43,920 nucleotides of DNA from a virus (Duplodnaviria; Caudoviricetes). Position 1 is the first letter of the stretch; each line of letters starts with the position of its first letter. The notes beneath the pieces were generated by a model, which saw nothing but the letters and a program-made list of their open reading frames with translations, was not told where the DNA came from and ran no database searches. This document shows positions 34,093 to 43,000 of this stretch, piece after piece. The position numbers and the translations under genes were made by a program. The stretch is from the IMG/VR virus record IMGVR_UViG_3300018073_000003, positions 1-43,920 of that record, one strand, 5' to 3'.

Positions 34093-34860
34093 TCAGACCC
34101 TCGGGTCGCCTTGTTCGATGACGTCGCTGCCGCTGTTGCGCGCGCGTCGCTGGTAATCGCGGACCTGCCGCACGCGCAGGTCGCCGCCGCGCGGCCGCCG
34201 CGTGGCCTTGTAGTCCTGCACGTAGGCGCCAAACAACGTCAGCTGCGACTCGACCGCCTCGCGGTCCTTGCGTAGGCGCTCAAGCAGCGACGCCGCGTAG
34301 TGCGCGATGCCCCAGTGGTAGGGCTCCAGCGCCATCTGCGCGTTGCCCTGCCAGCTGAACGGCTTGTCGGTGTCGGCGACCATGTCGGGCGGGTTGAGCA
34401 GCACCGGCACGACCAGCGCCCACGTCTCGGCGCCCAGCACGTCGGGCTGGGGCGAGAGCGCAATCTGGTTGACGCCGTTGGTCGCATCGAGCGCCCAGAC
34501 ATCCGGCGTGCCGCGCTGCGGCGTGTTGGCCCACCCGGGACGGTGGACGTCGAGCCACGCTTCGTCGTGCCGCGCGAGCCGGTCCTCGACGACGCCCGAC
34601 GCGCTCGTCTTCCGCAGGCGCAGGGGTCTGGCCATGAAGTTGACGAACGCATCGGCCGCCAGCACGTCGAGGTCGTAACGCGCGACGCCGGTCGTGAGCG
34701 GTTGCACAAGCTCGACGACAAAGCACTGCGTCAGCCGCGCGAACTCCCGCTGCGCGCGGTTGGTCGCGGCCTTGCGACGCACGGTGGTGAACAGTTCGGT
34801 CGTGTCGTAACTGCCCAGTTCGTGGTCGAGCGCCATGCCGTAAAGCTCGGCAAACGTCAC
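34093..34860 (-). CDS. Head-tail adaptor / tail tubular protein A
   Basis: MTFAEL..NRAQREFAR..GVARYDL..GTP..LSPQPD..EPYHWGIAHYAA. Confidence 0.75.
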   Translation of the reverse strand: MTFAELYGMALDHELGSYDTTELFTTVRRKAATNRAQREFARLTQCFVVELVQPLTTGVARYDLDVLAADAFVNFMARPLRLRKTSASGVVEDRLARHDEAWLDVHRPGWANTPQRGTPDVWALDATNGVNQIALSPQPDVLGAETWALVVPVLLNPPDMVADTDKPFSWQGNAQMALEPYHWGIAHYAASLLERLRKDREAVESQLTLFGAYVQDYKATRRPRGGDLRVRQVRDYQRRARNSGSDVIEQGDPRV

Positions 34861-34866
34861 GACGGC

Positions 34867-35304
34867 CTACTTCGGTTCGGCCGTTCCGTCGTCGACCGGC
34901 ACCAGCACCCAGCCGTAGTAGGGGCTGTACTTCAACTCAAACTTCCGGTCGGGATCGACGGGCACGCCGGGCGTCCCGGGAAGCACGATGGGCAGGCTGA
35001 TGTGCGGCGGCGGCCCGGGTGGCAGCGTGTTGTCGGGCGTCACCGGCGGAAACACCGGCCCCTGCGTCGGGTAGTGCGGACCCCCGGGCAGGCTGTTGTC
35101 GGGACGGTGCGGCCATGTCGGACGGCCGTAGCCCGGGTCCACCGGAGGGCGCACACCGAACCCCGGGTCGACGCCTCCTCCGAAGCCCGGCGGCGTCGGC
35201 AGCGGGTAGCCGGGCGTCAGCGGCGGCTGCGGCAGGCTGTTGTCGATGCCGGGGCCCTCGCCGGGTCCGTCGAGAAAGATGATGAACGCGAGACGCTGCT
35301 TCAT
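34867..35304 (-). CDS. Proline-rich DNSLP-repeat protein
   Basis: IDNSLP, PDNSLP, PDNTLP and VDPG[FY]G repeats; C-terminal KYSPYYGWVLV; RBS AAGGAG. Confidence 0.75.
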   Translation of the reverse strand: MKQRLAFIIFLDGPGEGPGIDNSLPQPPLTPGYPLPTPPGFGGGVDPGFGVRPPVDPGYGRPTWPHRPDNSLPGGPHYPTQGPVFPPVTPDNTLPPGPPPHISLPIVLPGTPGVPVDPDRKFELKYSPYYGWVLVPVDDGTAEPK

Positions 35305-35320
35305 GGTGGCTCTGACTCCT

Positions 35321-35641
35321 TCAGCTGGCGACGACATGCACCGTCACGGTGCCGCCGGTCACCGGCGTGGTGATCCTAGCGCGGATGGCCTTGAGCGCGA
35401 CGGGCCCGATGCTGGTCGCGACCACGCCGTTGGCGACGACCGTGGTGGCCGCGCCGATGGCCGCCCACGCGCCGGTGTAGTCCTTGCTGTGCGACTGCTC
35501 CAGCTGCACGGCACCCGCGCTGACGGCGCCGTTGCCGATGACGTAGGCCGTCACCACGCGCACGCCGTTCAGTTCGACCGCTTCGCCGTTGCCGCTGGTC
35601 GCCGTCTTCTGCAGCGGCTTGTCGAGGTAGTTGGCGAACAT
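35321..35641 (-). CDS. Small beta-rich virion protein
   Basis: 106 aa; GAVQLEQS.....W..I...IRARIT. Confidence 0.7.
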   Translation of the reverse strand: MFANYLDKPLQKTATSGNGEAVELNGVRVVTAYVIGNGAVSAGAVQLEQSHSKDYTGAWAAIGAATTVVANGVVATSIGPVALKAIRARITTPVTGGTVTVHVVAS

Positions 35642-35648
35642 CGCGGCC

Positions 35649-36056
35649 TCAGTGCGCCCCGATGCCGACGCAGGTGACGGTGACGATGCCCGCGTTGCCG
35701 ACGGTCACCAGATACTTGCCGGTCTGGCTCTGCGGCACGATCATCGTGCCCGCAAGGATGACGTTGGCCCCGGCCAGCAGCGTGACCGCGAACGCGCCAG
35801 CGCTGGTGTTGCGCAGGTATAGCTCGTAGTAGTTGCCGACCACCGGCGCGCGGCCGCTGACCGTCATGCCGTCGATGATCTGCGCGGCCGTGGGCGTGGT
35901 GTCGGAGCGCGCGGCCCCGGCGCAGTCGCGGATGATCATCCCGCTGGCAAACTGCGCGGGCGTGTAGGTGACGGGCCCGGCCGTGCCGACGGTCACGGGG
36001 CTGAGAAAGTCCATGAACTTGCGGCCGACGACGGCCAGCGCGTTGAAGTGAGACAC
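35649..36056 (-). CDS. Capsid decoration-like protein
   Basis: 135 aa; T.AQ..SG.I...AAR.DTTPTAAQI pattern; immediately after the MCP. Confidence 0.65.
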   Translation of the reverse strand: MSHFNALAVVGRKFMDFLSPVTVGTAGPVTYTPAQFASGMIIRDCAGAARSDTTPTAAQIIDGMTVSGRAPVVGNYYELYLRNTSAGAFAVTLLAGANVILAGTMIVPQSQTGKYLVTVGNAGIVTVTCVGIGAH

Positions 36057-36073
36057 GCGAAACCTCTTTGTCC

Positions 36074-36119
36074 CCCCACATGAAGGAACGGCCTGCTGCG
36101 TGTGGGGCGCAGCAGGCCG
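36074..36119 (-). terminator. 12-bp hairpin after the MCP with pseudoknot potential
   Basis: Stem 36089-36100/36108-36119; loop CCCCACA complementary to UGUGGGG 8 nt downstream. Confidence 0.55.
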
Positions 36120-36139
36120 GGAGTCCTACGCGCGGGCGC

Positions 36140-37057
36140 TTACGCGCCTGCCGTGCCGTAGGTGTTCTGCCAGAGGAACGCATCCCACGCCTGCCGGAAC
36201 CGCACCTTGTAGATGCGATTGCCGGTGCGGGGATCCTGCATGGCAGGCGCGGCGGTGATGCCGAGACGGTCGACGCAGACCAGCCCGTGCGTCTCCTTCG
36301 CGGAGGCGACGAGGAACCATGCGTCGGTGTCGGTGAGGTGCGGGTTGACCACGATGCGGATGTTGCGCCGCTTCTTGATCGGGTTCAGATCGTTGTCGGC
36401 GACGCCCGGCAGCTGCGTGCTGTTGACGATGCGCTCGGCCAGCATCTCCAGATGCGGGGGCACGTAGAGGATCCACGACGTCACCGGCGCGACCAACTGG
36501 CCGCTCTCCAGCCGCGTGTCGGTCTGCACGTCGATCATCGCTTGATTGAGCGAGTCGAAGCTCAGATCGGCGTCGGTCGCCGGGCGGTTGCGCGCGGTGC
36601 CGCCACCGGCGAGCGCGTGCGCGACGTTGAACAGCGACACGCCGTCGGGCGTGGTCTGCGTGGTGAAGCCGTTGTTGAACGGCCGCGCCGCATACTTCTC
36701 CTGCACGACGCGCGAACTGAACGCCAGCCACGCCGCCTGCCGCTGCAGCACGTCGTACTGGTCGTCTTCCAGCGCCGTCTCGGTGACCTCGAAGCCCAGT
36801 CCGAACTCGACCGGCGTGATGTCCTTGCTGTAGCCCGGCCGGATGAGGTCGAAGGCGTAGACCGTGCCTTCGGGCTTTTCCGGCACGTCCCCAAACGGGG
36901 TGACGGTCTGGAACCGCTCGAACTTGCGGCTGCTGCTCTTGCGGCTGTAGACCTCGGGCCAGATGGCCGGAAGCTCCTTCAGCTGCTTGCCCAGCAGCGC
37001 GTAGACGGTCTTGTCGACGTTGTCGTAGAGGGCAGCAAATGTTCCGCGAACCTGCAT
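36140..37057 (-). CDS. Major capsid protein (HK97 fold, Mu gpT-like)
   Basis: KPEG..FD..FGLGFEVTETALEDDQY..DGVSLF...H..LYVPPHLE..A.RI..S..N.I..VVNPHLTDTDAWFL. Confidence 0.9.
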   Translation of the reverse strand: MQVRGTFAALYDNVDKTVYALLGKQLKELPAIWPEVYSRKSSSRKFERFQTVTPFGDVPEKPEGTVYAFDLIRPGYSKDITPVEFGLGFEVTETALEDDQYDVLQRQAAWLAFSSRVVQEKYAARPFNNGFTTQTTPDGVSLFNVAHALAGGGTARNRPATDADLSFDSLNQAMIDVQTDTRLESGQLVAPVTSWILYVPPHLEMLAERIVNSTQLPGVADNDLNPIKKRRNIRIVVNPHLTDTDAWFLVASAKETHGLVCVDRLGITAAPAMQDPRTGNRIYKVRFRQAWDAFLWQNTYGTAGA

Positions 37058-37085
37058 GGTCGTATCTCCCTAGTAGGTCCGAGGG

Positions 37086-37556
37086 TTAGCTGGCCAGCGG
37101 CGTGCGTGCCGCGTTGAGGAACTTGAAGACGACCTGCCCGTTGACGTCCCCGACGGGGTCGACAAGCTCGGTGATCTGCACCTGCAGGTTGGTCGTGTCG
37201 GCGAGGTCGACACGGTGGATGTCGTTGGTCGCGTCGAGCACCAGCCCGCACTTGAGCCCGACGTTGCTCAGCGCCAGCACGCCGGTGTCCTGCACGTTGC
37301 CGATGAACTCGGCCGTCTCGTCGGCGGCGTAGATGATGCCCTTGGTGTCGGTGACGCCCGACGCCGCATCGCCCGCGACGCCCAGCACGGTGCCCGCCGC
37401 CGGGTCGGTGGCGGCCTTGACGACCTTGCCTGCGCTGAGCACGACGACGTGCCCGTTCTTGTAGCTCTGCGTCGCGCCTTCGGGGATGTGCCCGATGGTG
37501 CGCGCCAGCCGTCGGGGACGGATGACGTTCTTGGAAGTGACGACAATCGTTGCCAT
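37086..37556 (-). CDS. Capsid cement/decoration protein
   Basis: 156 aa, beta-rich (E.ATQSY..G..V....G.V..A...VLGVA), directly upstream of the MCP. Confidence 0.7.
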   Translation of the reverse strand: MATIVVTSKNVIRPRRLARTIGHIPEGATQSYKNGHVVVLSAGKVVKAATDPAAGTVLGVAGDAASGVTDTKGIIYAADETAEFIGNVQDTGVLALSNVGLKCGLVLDATNDIHRVDLADTTNLQVQITELVDPVGDVNGQVVFKFLNAARTPLAS

Positions 37557-37795
37557 CGAGAAAACCCCTACCCACCGCGCGGGGAGCGCAGCGTGTTGCG
37601 TGGTTGAGGTCGGCCTCGACGCACCAGCAGGCGGCCGACGTTAGGCCCGCTGGAGCAGCGCTGCGTTTGACGAGCGGGAGCAGCGACACCGCACAACCGG
37701 CCCGCCGCATCCTCAACTGGGGGTGTGGCCACCCATCCGAAGACGCGACGAGCCGTTTGATATGACCCGAGGGAGTCGACGCAGCCTACCGCAAG

Positions 37796-38416
37796 TTACG
37801 TCTGTTCGTCCAGCGACGACACCGCCGTCGCCGCGTATTCCTTGATGGTGGCCTGCCCGTGGTCGTCGGGGTCGAGCCCCGCCTTGGCCGCCTCGCGCTC
37901 GATGGCCGCGCGCAGCGCCTTGGGCGTCATCGCCCGGTCGTGCTTGCCGCGCTGCTTCGCCTTGATGGCCGTGTAGTAGGTCATCGGCATTTTGCACAGC
38001 ACCTCGGTGCCCCGGTCGCCGCGCCGCACCTGCTCGCTGCTGGTGAAGGCGTTGCTGACGATCTCGCGGTCCTGCAACTCGTCCCACTTGACCGGCGTGT
38101 AGCCGAGGCTCGCCGTCACCGTATGGAAGCGGTTGGGGATCGACGTGTTGAACCAGCGCAGATACCACGTCCGATGGTGGCCGTGCGGGTCGTCGACATG
38201 CGACGGCTCGCCCTTGAGCCGAATCGGCAGCACCAAGTCGGCCTCGGGGTTGGTCAGCCGCCGGTCGAGGATGTCGATGGCGTCGAGGTCTTTGAACGCC
38301 TCGCGCATCATCGTCGGGGTCGACGCGGGGGTGGCGCGCTTCTGCGTGCGGCGCTCGCGGTCCTTCGCGGCCTTGTCGAGCTTCGCCTTCTCAATCTCCT
38401 GCGGGGATTTGGCCAT
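37796..38416 (-). CDS. Conserved head-module protein
   Basis: 206 aa; LRWFN..LGYTPV..VRRGD..VLCKMP motif found between scaffold and capsid genes. Confidence 0.65.
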   Translation of the reverse strand: MAKSPQEIEKAKLDKAAKDRERRTQKRATPASTPTMMREAFKDLDAIDILDRRLTNPEADLVLPIRLKGEPSHVDDPHGHHRTWYLRWFNTSIPNRFHTVTASLGYTPVKWDELQDREIVSNAFTSSEQVRRGDRGTEVLCKMPMTYYTAIKAKQRGKHDRAMTPKALRAAIEREAAKAGLDPDDHGQATIKEYAATAVSSLDEQT

Positions 38417-38419
38417 CAG

Positions 38420-39340
38420 CTACTCCAGTCGGTTCGGCGCGCCCGGCACAAAGCGCGACAGTGACGAGTCGATGTCCGCGTCCTTCAGTCCGCTCTCGCG
38501 CAGGCGCACGCGGAAGGGCTCGTCGAGCACCGGCGCCTGCCCGCGCGGACGGCCGCCAGCGGGCTCTTGATAGATGGGCGGCCGCAGCGCGCGACGTCCC
38601 TGCGGCTGCGGCGTGCCGTAGGGCTGTGGCTGCTGCTGCGGCGCGCCACCGGCGCCGAAGGTCTGCAGGCCCAGCGCCGTCATCAGCACGGTCTGCTGCA
38701 CCTCGGGGTTGCCCAGCTGGTCAATCGGCAGCGTGCGCATCCCGCGCTCGACCATGTCGGCGTCGATGCCGTAGTGCGTGGCCACCGCCTTGACGTGCGC
38801 GATGGTCTGCTCGGCGCGCTGCTGCTTGAGCGGCAGCAGTTCGGTCTGGTGCAGCTGCTGCACGGCGCGCTGCACCTGCGCCTGCACGCGGCGGTCTTCG
38901 CGCGCCATGATGCGGGCGGCAGCGGCGAGGTCGGGCTGGCCCTTCTCATCGTAGAGCCCGAGGTCGAGCGCCGTGGCCTCCTGCTCCTGCTGCAGCGCCA
39001 ACTGGTCCGCAGCGCTGGGGGCATCGCTGGCAGGCGCGCCGGTGGCCGCACGCTGCAGCATGGCGAGCCCTTCGGGCGACTCCATCACTGAGCGCAGCAG
39101 GTCTTGCGCGGCGGCGGCCTGCGTCTCGGCCTGCTGGCGGCGCTCGCGCTCGCGCACCAAGTCGCCGACCACGCTGCGGCGGCCCTGCGGGGGCTCGATG
39201 GCGTCGGGGTCGTCTTCGCCGTCGGGCGGTGGCGGCGGGTCTTCGTCGGGAATCGGCGGCAGCGCCTCGGGTTCCGGCGCCGCGCCGGTGGGCATCCCTT
39301 GCGGGGCGTCACCGGCGGGTTCGAGCACTACGTCAGTCAT
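38420..39340 (-). CDS. Capsid scaffolding protein
   Basis: Acidic P/D/E N-terminus, LVRERERRQQAE coiled coil; between portal and MCP. Confidence 0.7.
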   Translation of the reverse strand: MTDVVLEPAGDAPQGMPTGAAPEPEALPPIPDEDPPPPPDGEDDPDAIEPPQGRRSVVGDLVRERERRQQAETQAAAAQDLLRSVMESPEGLAMLQRAATGAPASDAPSAADQLALQQEQEATALDLGLYDEKGQPDLAAAARIMAREDRRVQAQVQRAVQQLHQTELLPLKQQRAEQTIAHVKAVATHYGIDADMVERGMRTLPIDQLGNPEVQQTVLMTALGLQTFGAGGAPQQQPQPYGTPQPQGRRALRPPIYQEPAGGRPRGQAPVLDEPFRVRLRESGLKDADIDSSLSRFVPGAPNRLE

Positions 39341-39605
39341 TGGTCCTCTCAATCACCGCGTCGATGTCCTGCGCCCGCAGGAGCAGACACGGCCAGTCGT
39401 CGATGCGCACCTCTTCGCCGACGTCGCTGCCAAACACCACATGGTCGTGCAGCGTGACCTCGGTGACGGCCGCGCCGGTGAGCAGCACCAGCCCACGGCG
39501 GTCGACCATGATCGATGGTGCGGGCAGCGTCACCAGCCCCGTGGCAGTGGTCAGCCGATCACGGGGCGGCAGCGCCACCAGCACCAAGTCGGGCCGCAGA
39601 ATCAT
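39333..39605 (-). CDS. groES: GroES/Cpn10-like co-chaperonin
   Basis: LRPDLVLV..TTATGLVTLP..RGLVLLTG..VTEV..HDHVVF...GEEV.ID...LLLRAQDIDAVIE follows the Cpn10 pattern end to end. Confidence 0.75.
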   Translation of the reverse strand: MILRPDLVLVALPPRDRLTTATGLVTLPAPSIMVDRRGLVLLTGAAVTEVTLHDHVVFGSDVGEEVRIDDWPCLLLRAQDIDAVIERTND

Positions 39606-39943
39606 CGGGTCAGTTCCACGTCGGGCCCGAGGCCGGGCGTGCCGCGTGGCGTCTCGGTGCCCTTGGCGGCGGCCGCTCGGTATTGCTTGGCCAGCGACGC
39701 CGGAAGGTCCACCAGCTGCTGCGCGGCGCGGCGCCCGGCAATCAACTCGGCCGTGTCCACCGCGATGCGGTCGGCGCTGACCTGCGTGCTGCAGACGTTC
39801 GCGATGCGGTCGACGGTGACCGCCGCGCCGAACATCTTCTGCGCCATCGCGACCACGGCGTGCCAGCCGCGATGGGTCTGCAAGTCGTCGAGCACGTCGG
39901 CCAGTTCGCGCAGTTCGTCGGTCGTGGTCGGCGTCAGCATCAC
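39602..39943 (-). CDS. Small portal-adjacent protein
   Basis: LDDLQTHRGWHAV motif typical of the gene following podovirus portals. Confidence 0.65.
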   Translation of the reverse strand: MMLTPTTTDELRELADVLDDLQTHRGWHAVVAMAQKMFGAAVTVDRIANVCSTQVSADRIAVDTAELIAGRRAAQQLVDLPASLAKQYRAAAAKGTETPRGTPGLGPDVELTR

Positions 39944-42258
39944 ATGATGCCTGCGCCTGCAGGCTCGGGCGGCTGCGCGGTCACTTCAGCGGGCGGCGGC
40001 CCGGGCGACGAGCCCGGCGGTGGTCCCGGGGGCGGCGGGCCCTGCGCGCCTTGCGGCGGGCCGCCGGGTGGCGGTGGTCCCCCGGGCCCAGCGGGGCCTG
40101 CCTGCGGCCCACCCGGCGGCATCCCGGGCGGCGCCGGGGGTGCCATCGCCGCCATCTGCTTCTGCTGCGCGTCCTGCACTTGCCACGTCCGCATCGCACG
40201 CATGAACTGGCTGCGGTTGGGCACGTCGAACAACCGCAGCGCCTGCTCGAACAGCGGCACCAGCACGTCGGGGCTGCTCAGCGTCTGCTGCAGCCCGGGG
40301 TTCATCTGCGCGAACCCGCCAATGACCGCCATGAAGCCGTTGAAGTTGCCGCGCTGCTTGTTGCGGTCGGCGCTCTCGACGCTGCCGCGCGGCTTGCCGT
40401 GGAACTGCCCGGCCAGCACGCCGCTGGTGATGCCGCCTTCGGGCAGGTCGATGCCGCGCGCCGCAAGGTCCATGATGAAGCGCGTGCTGGGCTCCATCGG
40501 CGCCTCGTCGGCGGCGCGGCGCCACAGTTCGTGCCGACACTTGAAGAGGTTCTCCAGCGTCTCCTGCATGTTGCGGATCGACTCTTCAATCCGCACGAAG
40601 CTCTGCTCGGTCACCATCTGCACTTCGCCCAGCGTGCGGCTGGCGTCGGGCGTGGCGCCGAGGCTGACGTCGTTGAGCCCCGAGAGGCGCTCGCCCGCTT
40701 GGATGATGGAGCCCTCGCGGCTCATCATCGAATTGGGCACGTCGGGCAGCTGCATCGGCGCGACGTCGTTGGGGTCGTTGACCGTGATGATGGCGCCCGG
40801 GCCCCACGGCTCCTCGTCGGGATCCCAGCTGGAACTGGCCAGCCGCTTGAGCGGCGCGTTATTGACGAAGTTGCTGCGGTCAGCAATCGCGTTGCGCACG
40901 CCCGCGTGCTCTTCGCCCAGACTCGCCAGCTTCTCGACGTGGCTGCGGCCGTAGACGCTCAGCGGGTTCGGGTAGGGCCGGAAGAGGTGGTAGCGCGGCA
41001 TCCCGAGGTCGTCGAGCTTGCAGCGCAGGATGACGCGGTGCACGGCGCTGAAGGTCACGATGTACCACTCGTCGATGCCGTCATCGTCGAGGTCGGCGAC
41101 CATCTGCAATTCCCACAGTTCCTTTTCGATGGTGCGCCGGTGGTCCTGCGTCGCAATCTGCTGGCCGGTCATCGCCACCGGCGACGGCAGCGGCGACGCC
41201 TCGCGGTCACTCACCTGCGCCAACTGCGCGACCGCGTCCTTGTCGTAGACGTGCTCGCCGACGCGCTGCTCCAGTTCGGTGAGCCGCCGCCAGAACCGCT
41301 TGGCGTAGCCCCACACTTCGGAGTCGTCCTGCGCGTGGCCGGGCAGGATGAGGAAGTCGCGCAGGCTCACGACGCGGTAGTTGGGCCCGCGCCGCACCGG
41401 CACGATCTCGTCGACCACCGCGTCCATCCCGCCCTGCTCGTCGGGGTTGTCGACGTCGAGGAACTGGCCGCGCGGGTCCAGCGCAGGCAACGGCTGCGCA
41501 TCGGGCGACAGCCGCAGCGCGCCGAACGGGTTGCGCTCGGGCTGCAGGCTGCGCACCTTGCGCTGCTTGCGCAGGTCGGTGCGCTCGGCACACTCCAGCA
41601 CGCCGGTGCCTTCAATCAGCGCGAGGTCGAACACGCGCTGGAGCCACGACTGCAGGCGCTCGTCTTCGACCTTCCACTGGTGGAACTCCTCGACCATCGG
41701 CGCACGCTCGGCGGCCTTGCCCCAGCCCTCGACGGTCCACACCGGCTCGACAAAGATGGTCTTGACGAAGCGCGACCGCATCGCGTCGATCTTCTCGGTG
41801 ATGAGCCACGTCGACAGATCGGCGGCGCCCGGGAAGGGCGCGTCTTTCACGTTGCGCTTGCCCTGCGCGTAGAGCCAGTGCCAGTAGTCGAGGTCGCCGC
41901 CGGGGTCGATGATGCTGCTGCGCGCGGCGACGGCGCGGGTGATCTCGTCGTGCAGGAAGTGCACCAGCGCGTCTTGCTGGCCGGGCTTGAACTTGACGTC
42001 AAACGCCGTCTCGCGCGCGCGCTGCAGTTCGGGGTTCTCGCCTGCGGGCGGGCCTAGCTCGGTGGGCTCGGGCGGCATCTCCAGCGGCGGCAACGCGCCG
42101 TCGGCCATGCCCTCGTCTTCGTCCTCGATCACACCGGCACCGGGCCCGATGGGCGCACCCGCGCCGGGCGGCAGCGGCTGCATCGGCGGGGGCATCCCCG
42201 TCGGCGGCATCGGTAGCGGGGGCCCCGGTGGTAGCGGGGGCCCCGGTGGGTAGGTCAC
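39940..42258 (-). CDS. Portal protein
   Basis: 772 aa; PFPGAADL, ALIEGTGVL, YGRSHVE.L, RTLGEVQ motifs; P/G-rich termini; downstream of terL. Confidence 0.85.
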   Translation of the reverse strand: MTYPPGPPLPPGPPLPMPPTGMPPPMQPLPPGAGAPIGPGAGVIEDEDEGMADGALPPLEMPPEPTELGPPAGENPELQRARETAFDVKFKPGQQDALVHFLHDEITRAVAARSSIIDPGGDLDYWHWLYAQGKRNVKDAPFPGAADLSTWLITEKIDAMRSRFVKTIFVEPVWTVEGWGKAAERAPMVEEFHQWKVEDERLQSWLQRVFDLALIEGTGVLECAERTDLRKQRKVRSLQPERNPFGALRLSPDAQPLPALDPRGQFLDVDNPDEQGGMDAVVDEIVPVRRGPNYRVVSLRDFLILPGHAQDDSEVWGYAKRFWRRLTELEQRVGEHVYDKDAVAQLAQVSDREASPLPSPVAMTGQQIATQDHRRTIEKELWELQMVADLDDDGIDEWYIVTFSAVHRVILRCKLDDLGMPRYHLFRPYPNPLSVYGRSHVEKLASLGEEHAGVRNAIADRSNFVNNAPLKRLASSSWDPDEEPWGPGAIITVNDPNDVAPMQLPDVPNSMMSREGSIIQAGERLSGLNDVSLGATPDASRTLGEVQMVTEQSFVRIEESIRNMQETLENLFKCRHELWRRAADEAPMEPSTRFIMDLAARGIDLPEGGITSGVLAGQFHGKPRGSVESADRNKQRGNFNGFMAVIGGFAQMNPGLQQTLSSPDVLVPLFEQALRLFDVPNRSQFMRAMRTWQVQDAQQKQMAAMAPPAPPGMPPGGPQAGPAGPGGPPPPGGPPQGAQGPPPPGPPPGSSPGPPPAEVTAQPPEPAGAGIM

Positions 42259-42581
42259 TTCTTGGCTGCCTGCTTGTCAGCGTCAGCCTTCGCGTCCTTG
42301 TCGGCCTGCGCGGCGTCGGCCTTGGCCTTGGCCTCGGCGTCCTTCTCAGCCTTCTCGCGGGCGACCTTGGCCTCGACCTCGCTGTCGAGCACACGCTTGG
42401 CGGCGTCGAGATCGAGCTTGCCTTCGTGGTCGCGCAGGCCGAGACGGTCGGCCAACTCGGCGAGGTTCTCGCGCTCGTCCTTCTCGTCTCGGGTGTCCTT
42501 GCCGTTCTTCGCGGGGGCGGTGGTCATGGTTCGGCTCCGGTCTTGGGTGTATAGCTCGGGGAACGTGCCGCGTGTTTGCAT
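42255..42581 (-). CDS. 108-aa protein with an MCP-like N-terminus, a scaffold-like motif and a K/A/D tail
   Basis: MQTRGTFPELY vs MCP MQVRGTFAALY; LGLRDHEGKLDLDAAKRV vs scaffold LGLYDEKGQPDLAAAARI. Confidence 0.75.
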   Translation of the reverse strand: MQTRGTFPELYTQDRSRTMTTAPAKNGKDTRDEKDERENLAELADRLGLRDHEGKLDLDAAKRVLDSEVEAKVAREKAEKDAEAKAKADAAQADKDAKADADKQAAKK

Positions 42582-42584
42582 GGC

Positions 42585-42806
42585 TCAATGACTGTGCGCG
42601 CCCCCGGCGTCGGGCGGCAAGAGTGTAACGCAAACCTCGACCAGCAGCAGGCCGTGCTCGATGGTCTGACTGCCCAGCGCGGCCAACGGACTGACGTGCC
42701 AGTGGTCGACGTGGATGCGCAGCGTCTCCAGCGTCGGCCACAGCGTGAAGGCGACGTCAGCGACGTGGGCGGTCACGGCCTCGTCGACCGACAGCGGCGC
42801 GGTCAT
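42585..42806 (-). CDS. Hypothetical protein (start uncertain)
   Basis: Open frame fills the gap; first in-frame ATG downstream of the 42902 stop is MTAPLSVDEAV. Confidence 0.35.
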   Translation of the reverse strand: MTAPLSVDEAVTAHVADVAFTLWPTLETLRIHVDHWHVSPLAALGSQTIEHGLLLVEVCVTLLPPDAGGAHSH

Positions 42807-42901
42807 CAGACAATGGCGGCAGCGCAGCTTGTCCAGTTCCAGCGCGATGGCGACGCGCGGCAGGTGAATCGCGTGGCCCTGCCGGTGCGCGCGGCAGTCG
42901 C

Positions 42902-43000
42902 CTACCGTCGGCGTCGCGCCCGCGCGGCCAGCACGTTGAGCAAGACCACAATCACCAATCCCACCGCCCCGCAGCCCAGCACGATCAGCAGGTCGGTCAT
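42902..43000 (-). CDS. 32-aa single-pass membrane peptide
   Basis: MTDLLIVLGCGAVGLVIVVLLNVLAARARRRR; ATGA-coupled to the terL stop. Confidence 0.55.
   Translation of the reverse strand: MTDLLIVLGCGAVGLVIVVLLNVLAARARRRR

Noticed and set aside
35796-35806. CCAGCGCTGG core resembling the operator
   Set aside because: Inside a structural CDS, with no flanking TTGACA/-10 and incomplete arms; likely chance
42212-42247. 18-bp tandem repeat at the portal 5' end
   Set aside because: Simply encodes PPGPPL twice in a disordered Pro-rich tail
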